The translations under genes and the position numbers were made by a program. Positions 1-11,839 of a stretch of 64,000 bases of DNA are shown piece after piece; the stretch's first letter is position 1; the number at the start of each line of letters is the position of its first letter. Source of the DNA: Nitrospirales bacterium (GTDB lineage: Bacteria > Nitrospirota > Nitrospiria > Nitrospirales > UBA8639); assembly GCA_965203295.1 (NCBI GenBank), contig CBDBCZ010000018.1, forward strand, positions 224,001 to 288,000, read 5' to 3'. Under the pieces are notes generated by a model. It was not told where the DNA came from. It saw nothing but the letters and a program-made list of their open reading frames with translations, and searched no databases.

Positions 1-20
1 CTTACGCAGACGAATCTCCG

Positions 21-287
21 TCATTTCCCCTCTTCTTCTTGCGCTGACACTACATGGAGAAAGGTGCCTATCAGCTCGAATCTCTGACACGTGAGTAAGT
101 CATGGAAGTGAATGAGCACTTGAGCTTTCTGGAAGCTCCATGCTTTCTGCTGACTTTTGACCCCATGAATACCAAGAAGGATAAGGGACCCCAAAAATGC
201 CATCAACTCAGCCTTTGCAACAATCCTCTTCATGAAGAGCGTGTACCGTTTGCGCTTCGACTCTTTTCGGGACTCTGCATATGCCAT
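21..287 (-). pseudogene. piggyBac-like transposase fragment
   Basis: AELMAFLGSLILLGIH...W...TCQRFELIGTFLHV resembles the conserved piggyBac 'ELxAFxGxxxxMG...MSRxRFxxIxxxLH' segment; no continuation seen. Confidence 0.65.
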
Positions 288-504
288 AGGGCACCGTATA
301 CGGTCAATTACTATTCAGTCAAAAAAGAGCTCAAAGAGAAAAGAACTCAAAGAGTGATGAAGCGGAAATGGCTATTCCAGCTGGGACGTACGACCTGGTG
401 CACGTAATGGACAAAATTCACCTGGAGGCTCAAATTCAATGTCTGGCACAGTAATGGGAATTGCTGATTGAGGTACTGTAGAAGTAGTCTGGCTTCTGCC
501 TCTT

Positions 505-765
505 GATGCTCCCCGGTCTCTGGACGCTCCCTGGCTTGTGGACGCTCCACGCCCTTTGGATGCTCTCCGGCCTCTGGACGCTCCACGGGCTCTTGGTGCT
601 TCTCAGCCTCCTCCCCGGCTTCTGGACGCTCCACGACATCTTGGCGCTCCACGGCCTCTTGGCGCTCCCTGGCCTATGGACGCTCCCTGGCCTCTGGACG
701 CTCCTCGGCCTCTGGACGCTCCCCGCCCTCTGGACGCTCCCCGGCCTCTGGACGCTCCACGGCTG
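505..765. repeat. 18-bp GC-rich minisatellite (ggcctctggacgctcccc variants)
   Basis: Repeated (t)ggacgctcc core at ~18-bp period; yields RPLDAP-type repeat ORFs in several frames. Confidence 0.85.
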
Positions 766-1116
766 TGATCACCCCCTCTGCCTCCATCTTCCTCACTGCC
801 TGTCTCCTCATCACTGAGGCTTGACAAGCTCTTGCTCTCAAGGTGAATACGTTTCCCTGGAGAAGACTGCACATCAAAACAGCGTGAACGTTTGGCAGGC
901 ACAACTCTCTGAGGCTGCAAAGGTACAGTCAATACTCCTTCAGGCTCACTTCCGGAATGGATACTCGACAACTCACTACCAGTTTCAGTTGAATCATAAA
1001 TATAAACATAAATATAAACATAAATAAAATAAAAACCACAACATAAATTATGTGCACAGACGGAGGAAGCGGAAGAGGGGGAAGGAGCGGAAGAGGGGGA
1101 AGGAGCGAGAGAGGAC

Positions 1117-3050
1117 ATGGAGCTGGTCATGAGAGAGGACGTGGAGGTGGGAGAGCCACTGGATTTGTCCCAAGTTCTCTTGCCTGGTGTACGGCTTCCC
1201 GAGCACAGATGTTGCACCCGATGCTCCTGCCTTCACTGCCACAGCTGGTCCACATTTGGACCTCCCAGATCACCCTCAGCCAGTAGACTTCCTCGACGAG
1301 TTCTTGGACAAAGACATCCTCATTCTAGTTGTAGATGAAACTAATCAGAGTGAAAAATAGTGTACACATCGTACATATAGAGCAAGTGTGTGCACGTGTG
1401 TGTGTGTGTGTGTGCATGTGTGTGCGTGTGTGAGAGAGAAAGCATGGACATCCTCAGTCTAGTTGTCGATGAAACTAATCAATGAGTGAAAAATAGTGTG
1501 CATGTCGTACATATAGAGCAGTGCGTGCACGTGTGTATGTGTGCATGTGCGTGTGTGTGCGTGCATGTGTTTGCTTGTGTGAGAGAGAAAGCATGTCAGG
1601 TAGATATGTGCATACATACATACATACCAATAATATATAGCATGCCAGTACACCCCACATTGGATATGCAGGTATGCATCTGAAAGGATTGAGAAGCTCC
1701 GTGCTGATGGAAAGCTAACGAGTAAGTCCAGATTCTCCAGCTGGAGTCCACTGACTCTTCCTGAGCTTCACGGATTTCTGGTCATTGTCTTCAATATTGG
1801 GATCATCAGGCTCCCTGAGTTGGAGGACTACTGGAAGACGGCGTGGGTGGCTGAGATTCCATTCTTTTCACGGGTGATGGCTCGTGACCGATTCGAGATC
1901 ATCTTTTGGATGCTGCATGTGAGCCATTCCACTGGCGTGGTTGTCAAGAACATCGAAAAAGTCCGGCTGTTCCTCGACAAAATCGTCTCCAAGTTCCAAG
2001 CCAAGTATACACCCGGAGAAGAAGTGGCAGTAGACGAGACCATGGTGAAGTTCCGCGGAAGATTTGGAGGCAAACAATACATGCCCAAGAAGCCGACGAA
2101 ATGGGGCATAAAATGTTTCAGCTTAGCAGACAGCTCCAACGGGTACATGCTGAATGTCCTGCCATACACTGGGCGTGAAACACTCCATGACGCCATCTCG
2201 GAGTGCGAAGCACTACCTCGGCTGCTCGGGTAGTACTGCATCTGGTCGAGCCGTATCTTGATGAAGGTCGGCACGTTTTCATAGATCGGTACTACACCAG
2301 CATCCCCCTGGTGCAAGCCTTCCAATCCCACGCCACAAGCTTCACAGGAACTGTGAACAAGAACCGTGCCGACCTACCGGATGAAATCCGAGGACGATAT
2401 CGGTTAGGTAACATAGAAGTGATGGCGTTCTGTACCAGTCACCTGCTTGCCTTGACCTGGCGGGCAGAAAAGAAGCAGAAGCCAGTCATCATGCTGTCTA
2501 CCAACAGTTCAGCTGCCACCGTCTCCCTTCCACCACGCCGGGCGAGTGCTCGGGCAACAGTGAAGCCAGTGGTAGTGCATACATACAACCAGCACATGAA
2601 CGGCGTGGATATTGCTGACCAGCACTCCACCTACTACTCTTTCCTCAGCAAGAGGGTCAAGTGGTGGAGGAAGCTGTTTATTTGTCTGCTTGAGACAACA
2701 GTAGTGAACAGCTATGTACTGTTCATTTTCATCACCGCACCAAGACGCCCAGACCACCTCGCTTACCGGCGTGCAATTGTAGAAAGTCTGGCATCCCGAC
2801 ATCTTGCCAGTGCTCTCCACCTCGCCGCTGACTTGGGCGTCCTCGCAAACGCCACCACCCCAACGCCAACCCGGAGAGGCTGAACAAGCAGCTTCAAGTG
2901 CTTGGCAGACACAGCGAACTCCATGACTGTGTGGTGTGCAGCGACCAGTCTACAAAGAGACACAAAACAATGTTTTTTTTTTGTAAAACATGTAGGGACA
3001 CACAATCCCTTTGCCCTGAGCTGTACTTTGAGAAGTACCACACCCTTCCC
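1117..3050 (+). pseudogene. piggyBac transposase, frameshifted
   Basis: ILILVVDETN (~1320), LEDYW...MARDRFEII, VAVDETMVKFRGR...KQYMPKKPTKWGIK, HVFIDRYYTS, YNQHMNGVDIADQ, KWWRKLF and a C-terminal Cys-rich remnant (DCVVCSD...FCKTC); frameshift near 2220. Confidence 0.9.
1310..1600. repeat. ~140-bp tandem duplication with (TG)n-like microsatellites inside the piggyBac remnant
   Basis: gacatcctca..ctagttgt..gatgaaactaatc..gagtgaaaaatagtgt occurs at ~1314 and ~1447, each followed by a TG-rich tract and gagagagaaagcatg. Confidence 0.75.
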
Positions 3051-3339
3051 AAGTTTAGAGTGTAGCTACTCTCTTATTTTTACAGACGTATTTATATCTG
3101 TTATCACAGCAAAACCTACTACACGCATATGCTATCACGCTCTGCTGACATTCGGTTGATAAATAATTTAGCTACTTCCACAATTTCACCTTTTGCAGCA
3201 TAGTGCATGCGTACCTTATTTACCCGGGTTTGATACAAATAGTAGCTATAACCACGGCACTTCAGAAGACCAACCCCGAGGCAGAGGGCTGCTAGGTAAC
3301 ACGCTACACGCTTAGATCAGTATAATCGACGCTTACACG

Positions 3340-3677
3340 AGGGGAGGGCTCCTACACCGAGGCAGCTGGGCTGAGCAGGCATATGGGGCATTCATTGGCG
3401 AATTGTAACTCCAGATGAACATATTGACACTTTCGAAAGAATAGCCACTCTGGGAAAACACAATAAAAGGGATGCTTCGCCACTCCCACCAAAGCGACTA
3501 GCATGGTCAGATAACCAAACAAGGCTCGTCAAAGACTACTTCAAAGAAGCCATTACAAGTGGTACGGCCTTTACTTTGTCTGAGGCCAGAGACTTTCTTC
3601 GATCTCACGATATACCTGGATGCACTCCCAAAGCAGTTCAAGACGAAGTAAAGATGATCAAAAGGCAAGGGCAATAG
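3340..3677 (+). pseudogene. C-terminal fragment of tyrosine-recombinase-like gene (copy 1)
   Basis: Manual translation gives LSRHMGHS, then KRLAWSDNQTRLVKDYF...ARDFL...TPKAVQDEVK, homologous to the C-termini at 5800-5950 and 45760-45920. Confidence 0.55.
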
Positions 3678-4779
3678 AAAAAAGTTGGATCTACAGGATT
3701 GTGTTTGCTTGCATACAGCATACTATTGTTGAGTTGCCCGCATATTACATCAAAATACTACTCTGTTGAGCGAACCTTCCACCTGAAATAAAGTACTTAG
3801 ACACAGGGACACTTATACAAAACAGTAAAATAATAATGAGGACAAAATGAACAAGTATAGTGCAAAATATGAGGGACACAACCTTTTTTAGGTAAGGACA
3901 CCATAAAGGCTCCTGAGGAACACAAGACTCACACAAAAGACATAAAAGGGCATTATTGCACTGGTAGCAAAAATGGTGACTGTCTCATTTGAGCAGGGAC
4001 ACCATTCAGGCTTTCGAGGGGCACAAAAATGCTGCAAACATCACAAAAGCGAAATAAAAAAGCTTGAGGGCCACGATTAGAGTTCCTTCCAATATTACTG
4101 AGGGACACACCCAAAAAACATGTGCAAAGGGACGACAAAATAAAGCAATAGGGACACCAAAAAGTATTTCAAATCCTCTGGGGACACAAAAAGGGACACG
4201 AAAGCCTTGAGGGACGCTAAAACAGTGCCAAATCCTCTGAGGACACCAAACAGGGACACAAAAAGCTCGAGGGACGCGGAAAAGGGACGCAAAAACGGCT
4301 CGAAGGACACCAAAGGGACGCAAAGTAATAACTCTAACCCTAACCACTCGCGCTTCGCGCTCGTGGTCTATCAGATGAAGCCTCTCGTGTATTTCCTGTA
4401 AACCACTCAATGCCATCATCTAACTATAACTTTAGGAAGCCTGTGACTAAAACCTAATTTGGCTTGTGATATTACAGGGGACAGTGTGCTTCACAGAGCC
4501 TGCTAGCTCTCAAACTCGTAATCCGTGGGGATGCACTGGCTTGCAAATTTGTACTGAATGGTTTTTGCTTACCTTTTTGATTCCTCTGCAGCCCCACATT
4601 CCATTTTTGCCGCGTCTGACACAACGAAAGATACCACATCCAAGAGGTATGTTGAGTCTTTCACCACCAACCTGTTCCTCCATGTGTAATGTCCTTGGCA
4701 CTGATCTGACACAGCAGAAAAGTCAAGGATCTACTCATCCAAGAGAGCCTGAGGGGAGCAATGTGGAAAGTGGCGAAAC

Positions 4780-5950
4780 GGAGACAAGGGGTAAGCCCCG
4801 GTTTCCCATTGATCACCCCTTTTTGAAAGGCCATAGCCACTCTGAAAAAGAAGCCCAACAAATATCGGCTGATGTAAGTATCTCTATTTTGCCTGCCCTG
4901 AAACCCTGAACAAGGAGCTACTGGTGGATTGCTCCAAGATGAGTGACTACCTAAAGTCTTTGGAGTCTTCAGTAAAGGCCAGTACACATAACGCCAAACT
5001 GAGTCGTATTCATCAGGGGATCCACTTTCTGGCCCTCACTCTGGATGTCTCTGGCTTGATGGAAGTACAGCGAATTGAATCCTTGACTAAAAACTGGTCT
5101 GCCGTGCTGGCAAAGTCCTCCCGTGTGGCAAACCGGGAGAGAATGGAGGACCAGTCAGAGAAACCACAGGATTTCGGCGACATTGATGCTTTGGTTCAGA
5201 GCAAAGTTTTCCAGGATTTATTTAAAACATTGGTGAGGACAGCAAAGGCTGGAAAACCTGTGGACAATAATGCACTGCACAATGCTCGTCTCTGGCTTGC
5301 CGGGTGCCTACTACACACCAACTCACAGCGGCCCGGTGCAATAGCCAATATGACCACCCTGCAGTGCAAAAAGGGATTGAGCAAGAGTAAGGCATCCATT
5401 CGTGTGACAGAACACCAGACCCGCACAACTGGCTCCACGATGTTGACCGTTAAGTGACTGTTGCTACAGATTGCTGCAGATCCTGAGAGCTTACATCCTT
5501 TACCTCAAGCCACTTCTATCACAAAGCCCACTGCTGTTCCCCATCTCTCGCGATTGGTGCAGAATCTGGCCGAAAATTTGGGATGAAGCTTCCCGCAGCC
5601 GAGGGTCGACATGCGGCAGCTACGGCAACAGCTACAAAGTGCTCAGATCAAGATCGGGATGCTTTAGCCAATGCAATGTCACATTCGCGCCTGACGCAAA
5701 TGACATACTACATCAACACGAAAATCCAAACAAGAAGCGGAGAGGTTTCGACATACTACAGACTCTACGTCAAGGGAAAGCAGGAAAAGCCCCTAAACGT
5801 GTTCCTTACAGTGAAGAGGAGGTGGAAACACTGGAGATGTACTTTGAAGGGCAACCTACCTTGCAAGAGAGTGCAAACAGTTCCTGAAAAACCATCCGAT
5901 GGATAGGGACTACAAACAAGTCCAGGATAAAATACGGCAGATAATTAAGG
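4780..5950 (+). pseudogene. tyrosine-recombinase-like gene (copy 2), frameshifted
   Basis: SQRPGAIANMT (Arg), EHQTRTTG (position of HKT), LANAMSHSRLTQMTYY (His/Tyr) and a Myb-like tail KRVPYSEEEVETL...KQVQDKIR. Confidence 0.7.
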
Positions 5951-5954
5951 TTAA

Positions 5955-6555
5955 CTCATTGCACGCCGTAATTACGTCACGCGCGTGATGCTCCACGCCA
6001 CAGTTTCTACAATTATGGCGTACTAAAAGTTTTAGTACAGCGTATGGCTATTTTTATGTTTACCAAGTCAAGTATCCAACGAATTTTGCGTCGTGTTTGT
6101 TGGAAGACTACCAGCTACAGCCATTGAAGGCAAATAGGGCAGCGGATTGGAACCAAACAGGGATTCAGGATCGATAACCCGATACACGGTAAGTTCGACA
6201 CGGTACTGTGGTCTTAACACTCAGGCAGCAAAGATCGAGGATCCTGCTGAAGTCTCTCTCCATCTCTCTCCTGAACCAGTTACCATCGTTTCTGCCAATG
6301 AAGTTGACTACAAAGCCTACAAAGCCTAACTAACTGTGTAGCAGTGTAGATAGCTGTAGCTAATCGTCTTGATCGGTTGTATATTTGCCATGTATATCCG
6401 TTGTATTATTGAGTAGACCGACTTTCGGCACAGTTACATCACTATTAGTGATCACTATACTCAATTTTATGGCTAATAAAGGATGGGGTTGCCCCTCCTT
6501 GCGTAGCGGAAGCGTTACGTAAAGGCCAATAAAGTGGCCCGTGGCGTGCAATGAG
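5955..6555. mobile_element. piggyBac-type MITE
   Basis: Perfect 13-bp TIR ctcattgcacgcc (5955-5967 / 6543-6555) flanked by TTAA (5951-5954, 6556-6559). Confidence 0.9.
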
Positions 6556-6785
6556 TTAAATGTGCTGCTGAGACTAAAACGTTGTGGTGCTACGCCCCTT
6601 GTTGATTGTTGTCCTTGATTCCAACATTATTCACACTATGCAATACACCACAGCCATCTATTACGCTGATTGTTCTCCTTGATTCCAGCATTATTCACTG
6701 TGCATACACCAAGCCATCTATATCTAACAGCAATTATACCTAATTTATCTCATTGCTCTTACATGTTCTCAATTTTAATAAAATA

Positions 6786-7955
6786 CAGTAAAACCTCCGA
6801 ATAGAGGACACTTGGGACCGCAACCTTTGTCCTCTCTTCGGAGGTTGTCCTTTTCAGAGGTTGTCTAATACACTATACATGAATCAAAGTGAACTTTGTG
6901 ATGATACTGCATGATAATAACTGACTGGAATGGTCTGCATGTATAATTGGCGAGGTATATTTTATTGAGTGACGTATTCATAAAGTCTGGCTTGTCTTGA
7001 GTTGGAATTTTTTTAGAGCAACAATCTGATCGAAAGATGAACCAAAGGACAAGGCTTCAATTCCTTTGTCTGTTCTTTGTGCTCCAAAAATCTTAGATCT
7101 TGCCAGAACGAAGAGAGGGCATCATTGATTTCACTGTACTGCACGAGCCTTACTGATGGTGTGTACCCTGCTGCCAGATGCATTGGATTGGTAGCTTGCT
7201 AGAATTATTCCTATCTGTGTCTTTCCACATCCAAATAAACTTTCCAGAGATCTTAATTAGATTGCTTTGAGTATGCTTGATAATTTCAACTTTCTTCTCC
7301 AAGGACAAATACCCTGCTTTTCTTGTGGGAAGCCATAGCTATAGCTATAACCGTGCAGCTGTAACTAAATTGTAGCCTGACCACGTGGCAGATTTACGTG
7401 TTCCAGTGCTGATTGTTGAAATGCTCAGTACAGAATTATTTATTAGAGGATATGCATATATGGATATCTGGACTCCTGTTGAAGATGAAATCCTTAGACT
7501 GATACCTGAACCTACTAATTCTGTGGATAGAAATGCTGTTGCAGTGATGAAAGAAGGACAAATTGTAGGCCATGTTCCTTTCAACCTATCCACCATTATT
7601 TCACTGTTCTTGAGAAGATATATAAACAAAGCTTTTGCTAGAGTTATTGGAGGGAAAGTAAATCGAGGAGCTGGATATGGGCTCGAAATACCGTGTGTTT
7701 ACCAATTTTATGGACCAAAGCTTTTTATTGACAAGGTACGAGAAGTTATTGAATCCCTGAATACATCTGGACTAGTTTGATTTCCGTGGATACTCTCGAT
7801 CTACAAGTTGTTATTGTTTAATTGTAAAACTATTTGTACTCGTGCGCAAGGTACTTGATGTATGGGAGTGGCTGAATTGCACGCATGTATATATATATAT
7901 AGCTACAAGTGAGGGAGGGGCTGCAACGTCAAGGTGTGGTTTCTGGAGTGTCCTC
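6786..7955 (-). mobile_element. Tigger-like pogo element, internally deleted and right end truncated, carrying a HIRAN gene
   Basis: TA + cagtaaaacctccgaatagaggacac terminus with gtcct subterminal repeats; minus-strand remnant from ATG 7336 (MASHKR...FGCGKTQIGIIL, CENP-B/psq-like HTH); gtgtcctc at 7948 matches the inner part of the expected right TIR. Confidence 0.6.
7385..7780 (+). CDS. stand-alone HIRAN-domain protein
   Basis: IRGY..Y..IW.P...E.L....EPTNSVDRNAVAV....IVGHVP...GLEIPC pattern typical of HIRAN. Confidence 0.8.
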   Translation: MADLRVPVLIVEMLSTELFIRGYAYMDIWTPVEDEILRLIPEPTNSVDRNAVAVMKEGQIVGHVPFNLSTIISLFLRRYINKAFARVIGGKVNRGAGYGLEIPCVYQFYGPKLFIDKVREVIESLNTSGLV

Positions 7956-9254
7956 AGTCTGGAAAATCCTCACTAAACTACATGGCCTATACATTGCAGG
8001 CATGCTAGATAAGGAAATGACAGAATTCTGCACACCCCCAAAACAACACAGAACCTCTGTCTTATATTTCCTTAAAAAGATTCATAAGAACCCGATGGGC
8101 ATCCGACCTATCGTATCTAGCATAAATAGTATTACCGAAAACATTTCCCAATTCGTGGATATCTGGCTCCAACCCGTAATGAGAAACCTCCCCTCATTTA
8201 TTAAAGACACTACCGAATTCATAAACCTTATTGAAAATACTCCATTCCCGATGGACTGCATCCTAGCATCCATCGATGTATCATCACTCTACACCAATAT
8301 TCCTCATCTTGACGGCAAGACTGCTGCCGTCCAATTCTTGTCTCAAATTGAGGATCCAGACCCTAGACAACCACCATCAGAGGTTATTGGAGAACTAATC
8401 GACATAGTCCTTCAGAACAATGTCTTTGAATTCGATGGTAAATTTTACCTTCAGAGACAAGGCACCGCCATGGGCACAAAGATGGCCCCAGCGTATGCCA
8501 ATACTTTTATGGGGAATCTGGAACCTACACTCCAAGCAGAAGGCCAAAAGAATATCCTAATATGGAAAAGGTTCATCGACGATATATTTATCGTCTGGAC
8601 AGGAACCAAAGAGGAGTTCCTAACCTTCATGAACAGAATCAACACTGTTCACTCTACAATCAAGTTCACGTATGAAATCAGTGAAACGGAAATTACTTTT
8701 CTAGACATCACACTCTACAAGGGCACCAGATTCCAAACCAAAGGAATATTAGACATCAGAACCCACATTAAACCTACCAACAAACAACTCTATGTCCACG
8801 CCACTTCCTACCATCCTGCTAGCACCGGCAAATCCATAACTATCGGTGAAACGAATAGGTACATCAGAACAAATTCTGACCAACCCAACTTTAATAAAAT
8901 GGTCAGTCACCTTCACACAAAACTCAGACAGTGAGGCTATAAACTACCCTCCATAAAATCACACACTGCATCCCTATCCTTTTCTGACCGACAGCGTATC
9001 CTAAAACCTCCCGACCCACCCACATCACGCCCCAATTTATTGGTTTTGGCCACTCCATATTGTGATAGAATCGAAGAAATCAAAACTGCCCTCAGGGAGA
9101 GCTGGAAAGAACTTCATAAAAGCAAAACTCTCTCAGAGATATTCCCGGACCCCCCGAGAATTGCCTACAAAAGCAACCCTTCTCTGAGAAACAAATTAGT
9201 ACGAGCAAAACTACCCCCTTTGGAAACCTCCTCAATGCTCGTGAGTAACTCAAC

Positions 9255-9325
9255 CCCTAACCCCAACCCAGACCCTAACCCTGTCCTTGGCCCTAACCCT
9301 AACCCTAACCCTAACCCTAACCCAG
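9255..9325 (+). repeat. (TAACCC)n telomere-like tract within the PLE coding linker
   Basis: ccctaaccctaaccctaaccctaacccta plus degenerate copies; translates in frame to PNPNPN. Confidence 0.85.
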
Positions 9326-9824
9326 ACTCGAACTCGACACTTATCGAAAAACCAGAGACCGTCAGCACCCTCTCTAATGTCTATACGGGTAAACTAGCCC
9401 CCACATTCAAACAACAACAACAATTTCCCTTCAACCTCTTCAAACGAAAGAAAGCAGTCAAACCTTGTTGTAAAAGACAATGTAATACATGCAAAAGGCT
9501 GCTCCACACTAGCAACTTTGTAAAAAGCAAAGTTTCAAAAAGGTGTTATCCTATACAACCGTCACACAGCCCCCTAACCTGCCAAAGCAGCAGAGTTGTG
9601 TACTTGATCCAGTGCAACAAATGTCAGAAACAATACCGTAGAATCGGGATAATAAGCACCGGTGCCTATTTTCGAAATTAGTAGCGCAAACGGGTGCTTA
9701 TTTTTGCAGGGTGCTTATTTTCATGGGGTGCTTATTAACGCATGTAAACACAGTGTAGCATGTAAACAAAGTGTAGCAGAGGAATACAGGGGTAGGTATA
9801 TACACTGAATACATAATAATAAAT

Positions 9825-10232
9825 CTACAACTCGTTTTCTTTCGTTCTTTGCACGTTTCGGAGGCATCTTCGCACTTCAGCTCGGTGTTTCTTAAAGCCG
9901 TAGAGCACGTATTGGCACGGCAGTTCAATTCCTCCCCCGATCCTCCATACTCCTTCGGGTGCCGATCTTGCTGGTCCTGTAACAGTCCCTGTAATCTTCC
10001 TTATATGTCCGTCGCCTAACATCGGTGAAAGAATCCGGGCCAGCCTGTCTGGGATGTGACCCATCACCCTGTCACTCGAGCTTCGGACAACGATTGCTGC
10101 TTCACTGTGCCGATTTATAGCCTCTCTATGACAGCGAAATTCATCCCCGATCCTAGCCTCAGTTCTGAACGCATGATGGCCTTTAATCCTTGAGTTACGA
10201 AGTTTCGCCGACTCTACAAACTCGGACTTCAT
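9825..10232 (-). CDS. stand-alone HIRAN-domain protein inside the pogo element
   Basis: IKGHHAF...IGDEF.C.RE..NRHSEAAIVV...VMGHIP...GIELPCQY; open frame. Confidence 0.8.
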   Translation of the reverse strand: MKSEFVESAKLRNSRIKGHHAFRTEARIGDEFRCHREAINRHSEAAIVVRSSSDRVMGHIPDRLARILSPMLGDGHIRKITGTVTGPARSAPEGVWRIGGGIELPCQYVLYGFKKHRAEVRRCLRNVQRTKENEL

Positions 10233-10270
10233 CACAGTCTGTCAAACAGTGTCAGTCGCACCACACTCTC

Positions 10271-10318
10271 CAAAATGGCGATGGTAAAGCATGCGCATGA
10301 AAGTCAATGCGCATGCGC
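10271..10318. promoter_or_regulatory. putative bidirectional promoter motifs (YY1-like AAAATGGCG; two NRF1-like GCGCATGCGC-type sites)
   Basis: caaaatggcg 10271-10280, gcatgcgcat 10289-10298 and tgcgcatgcgc 10308-10318 lie between the divergent HIRAN and transposase starts. Confidence 0.4.
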
Positions 10319-10444
10319 TAATTGAAAAGGCACTGATAGGCTATAATTCGAAGAAAGGAATGTGATTAGTAGAATTGCGAACGTGTTAAATCGTATTCAC
10401 AATATCCGTTTCAAGCGTTGAGTCGTTTCCGAAAGTGAGTTGAG

Positions 10445-11839
10445 ATGGCAGAGGCAGTTACTCCGATAGCAGACTTCACGAACACAGCCACTCCGAAGAG
10501 GCGGCAGTATTCACGAGAGAAGAAACTGGCAGTACTGAAGTACTATTACGAGAATGGTCGTAACAAGTATCGAACAGCGCAGAAGTTCGGCATCGATAAA
10601 AAGTGCATACACCGTTGGATTGCTGATGAAACGAAGATCGAGAAGGGAAACAAAGGAGCCAAGCGACATGGCAGCGGTCGGACAGCGTTCTGGCCCGACG
10701 TCGAAGAAAAGCTGCTCGCGGAATTCAAGGACCTACGAAGCAAAGGCCTCAAAGTGAAGCAGTGGTGGTTCCGCACTCGGTCCATTCAGCTGATGCTCGA
10801 CCTTCATCCCGACGTCGATTTCAAGTTCTCACCTGGATGGTTCGATCGTTTTAAGTGCCGTATGAAAATCTCCCGTCGAAGAACGACTAACGTGAGCCAG
10901 CACCAACCAAGTGATCTGGAGACGAAGATCCGTCAGTTTCACCAGGAAATCAGGCGTGTTGCTGCCGAAGGAGAGAGCAGGGGCCCACTTGGTCAGTTCG
11001 ATGTCTCCACCGTAGCAAACGTGGATCAAACACCACTACCATTTACGTTCAGTGGTGGTGAGGGCTACGACGTCACTGGCGCAACCACTGTATGGCACCG
11101 AGGGGCAGCATCTGGCTTAGACAAGCGCCAGTGTACTGTTCAGCTGACCATCTTTGCTGATGGTGTACCTCGAGTCAAGCCACTGTTGATCTTCCGCGGC
11201 AAAGGACTCAGAATTCCTTAAGCTGAGACACGGGCATACGATCACAGAGTGGTGGTCAGGTTTCAGGCGAACGCTTGGTGCGATGAGGAGCAGATGATAT
11301 ACTGGTGCCGCCACATGTGGAAACAGCCCTTTAGTCCAGATGCTGACCGACCGAAACTCCTGATCGCAGATGTGCACAAAGCACAGACAACAGAGAGTGT
11401 CAAGAACACACTGAGTCGAGAAACGCACACGTCACTTGTCCTGGTCCCCCCTGGCTGTACTAGTTTAGTGCAGCCTCTCGGTGTGTGCTTCAACAAGGAG
11501 TTCAAGAACATCATCGAACGCCTCCAGAATGAACACATGCACAGCAACCTCGACAAGTGCGTCAACGGCACTATCCCAGCAGGACAGAGACGCATCCTCA
11601 TAACGAAGTGGGTAGGATCAGCATGGGGCGAGATGAACCAGAAGCCAGACATTTCCATTCGTGGTTTCGAAAAGTGTGGAATCAGTGTCCGTATTGATGG
11701 CCGAAGTGATGACCTGATCAATATCAGGGAGCTCGACAGCTACCAGGTCCGTCCTGAAGAGGAGTCCTCTGAACCTGAGAGTCATGATGACGAGAATCTC
11801 TTCGATATGGACTCTTCCTCAGAAGAAGATTCTGACTGA
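10445..11839 (+). pseudogene. pogo transposase (Brinker-type HTH + CENP-B HTH + DDE_1), disabled
   Basis: RRQYSREKKL..., FKFSPGWFDRFK.R, NVDQTP, QANAWCDE, LLIADVHKAQ, VPPGCTSLVQPLGV (third Asp appears replaced by Gly); in-frame TAA at 11219-11221. Confidence 0.9.

Noticed and set aside
347..1217. RG-rich and proline-rich ORFs as host genes
   Set aside because: Driven by the 18-bp minisatellite and low-complexity sequence near the piggyBac 5' region
8932..8934. In-frame TGA in the PLE ORF as selenocysteine or readthrough
   Set aside because: Context LRQ*GY matches the conserved PLE 'RGY' motif, so a CGA-to-TGA mutation is the simpler explanation
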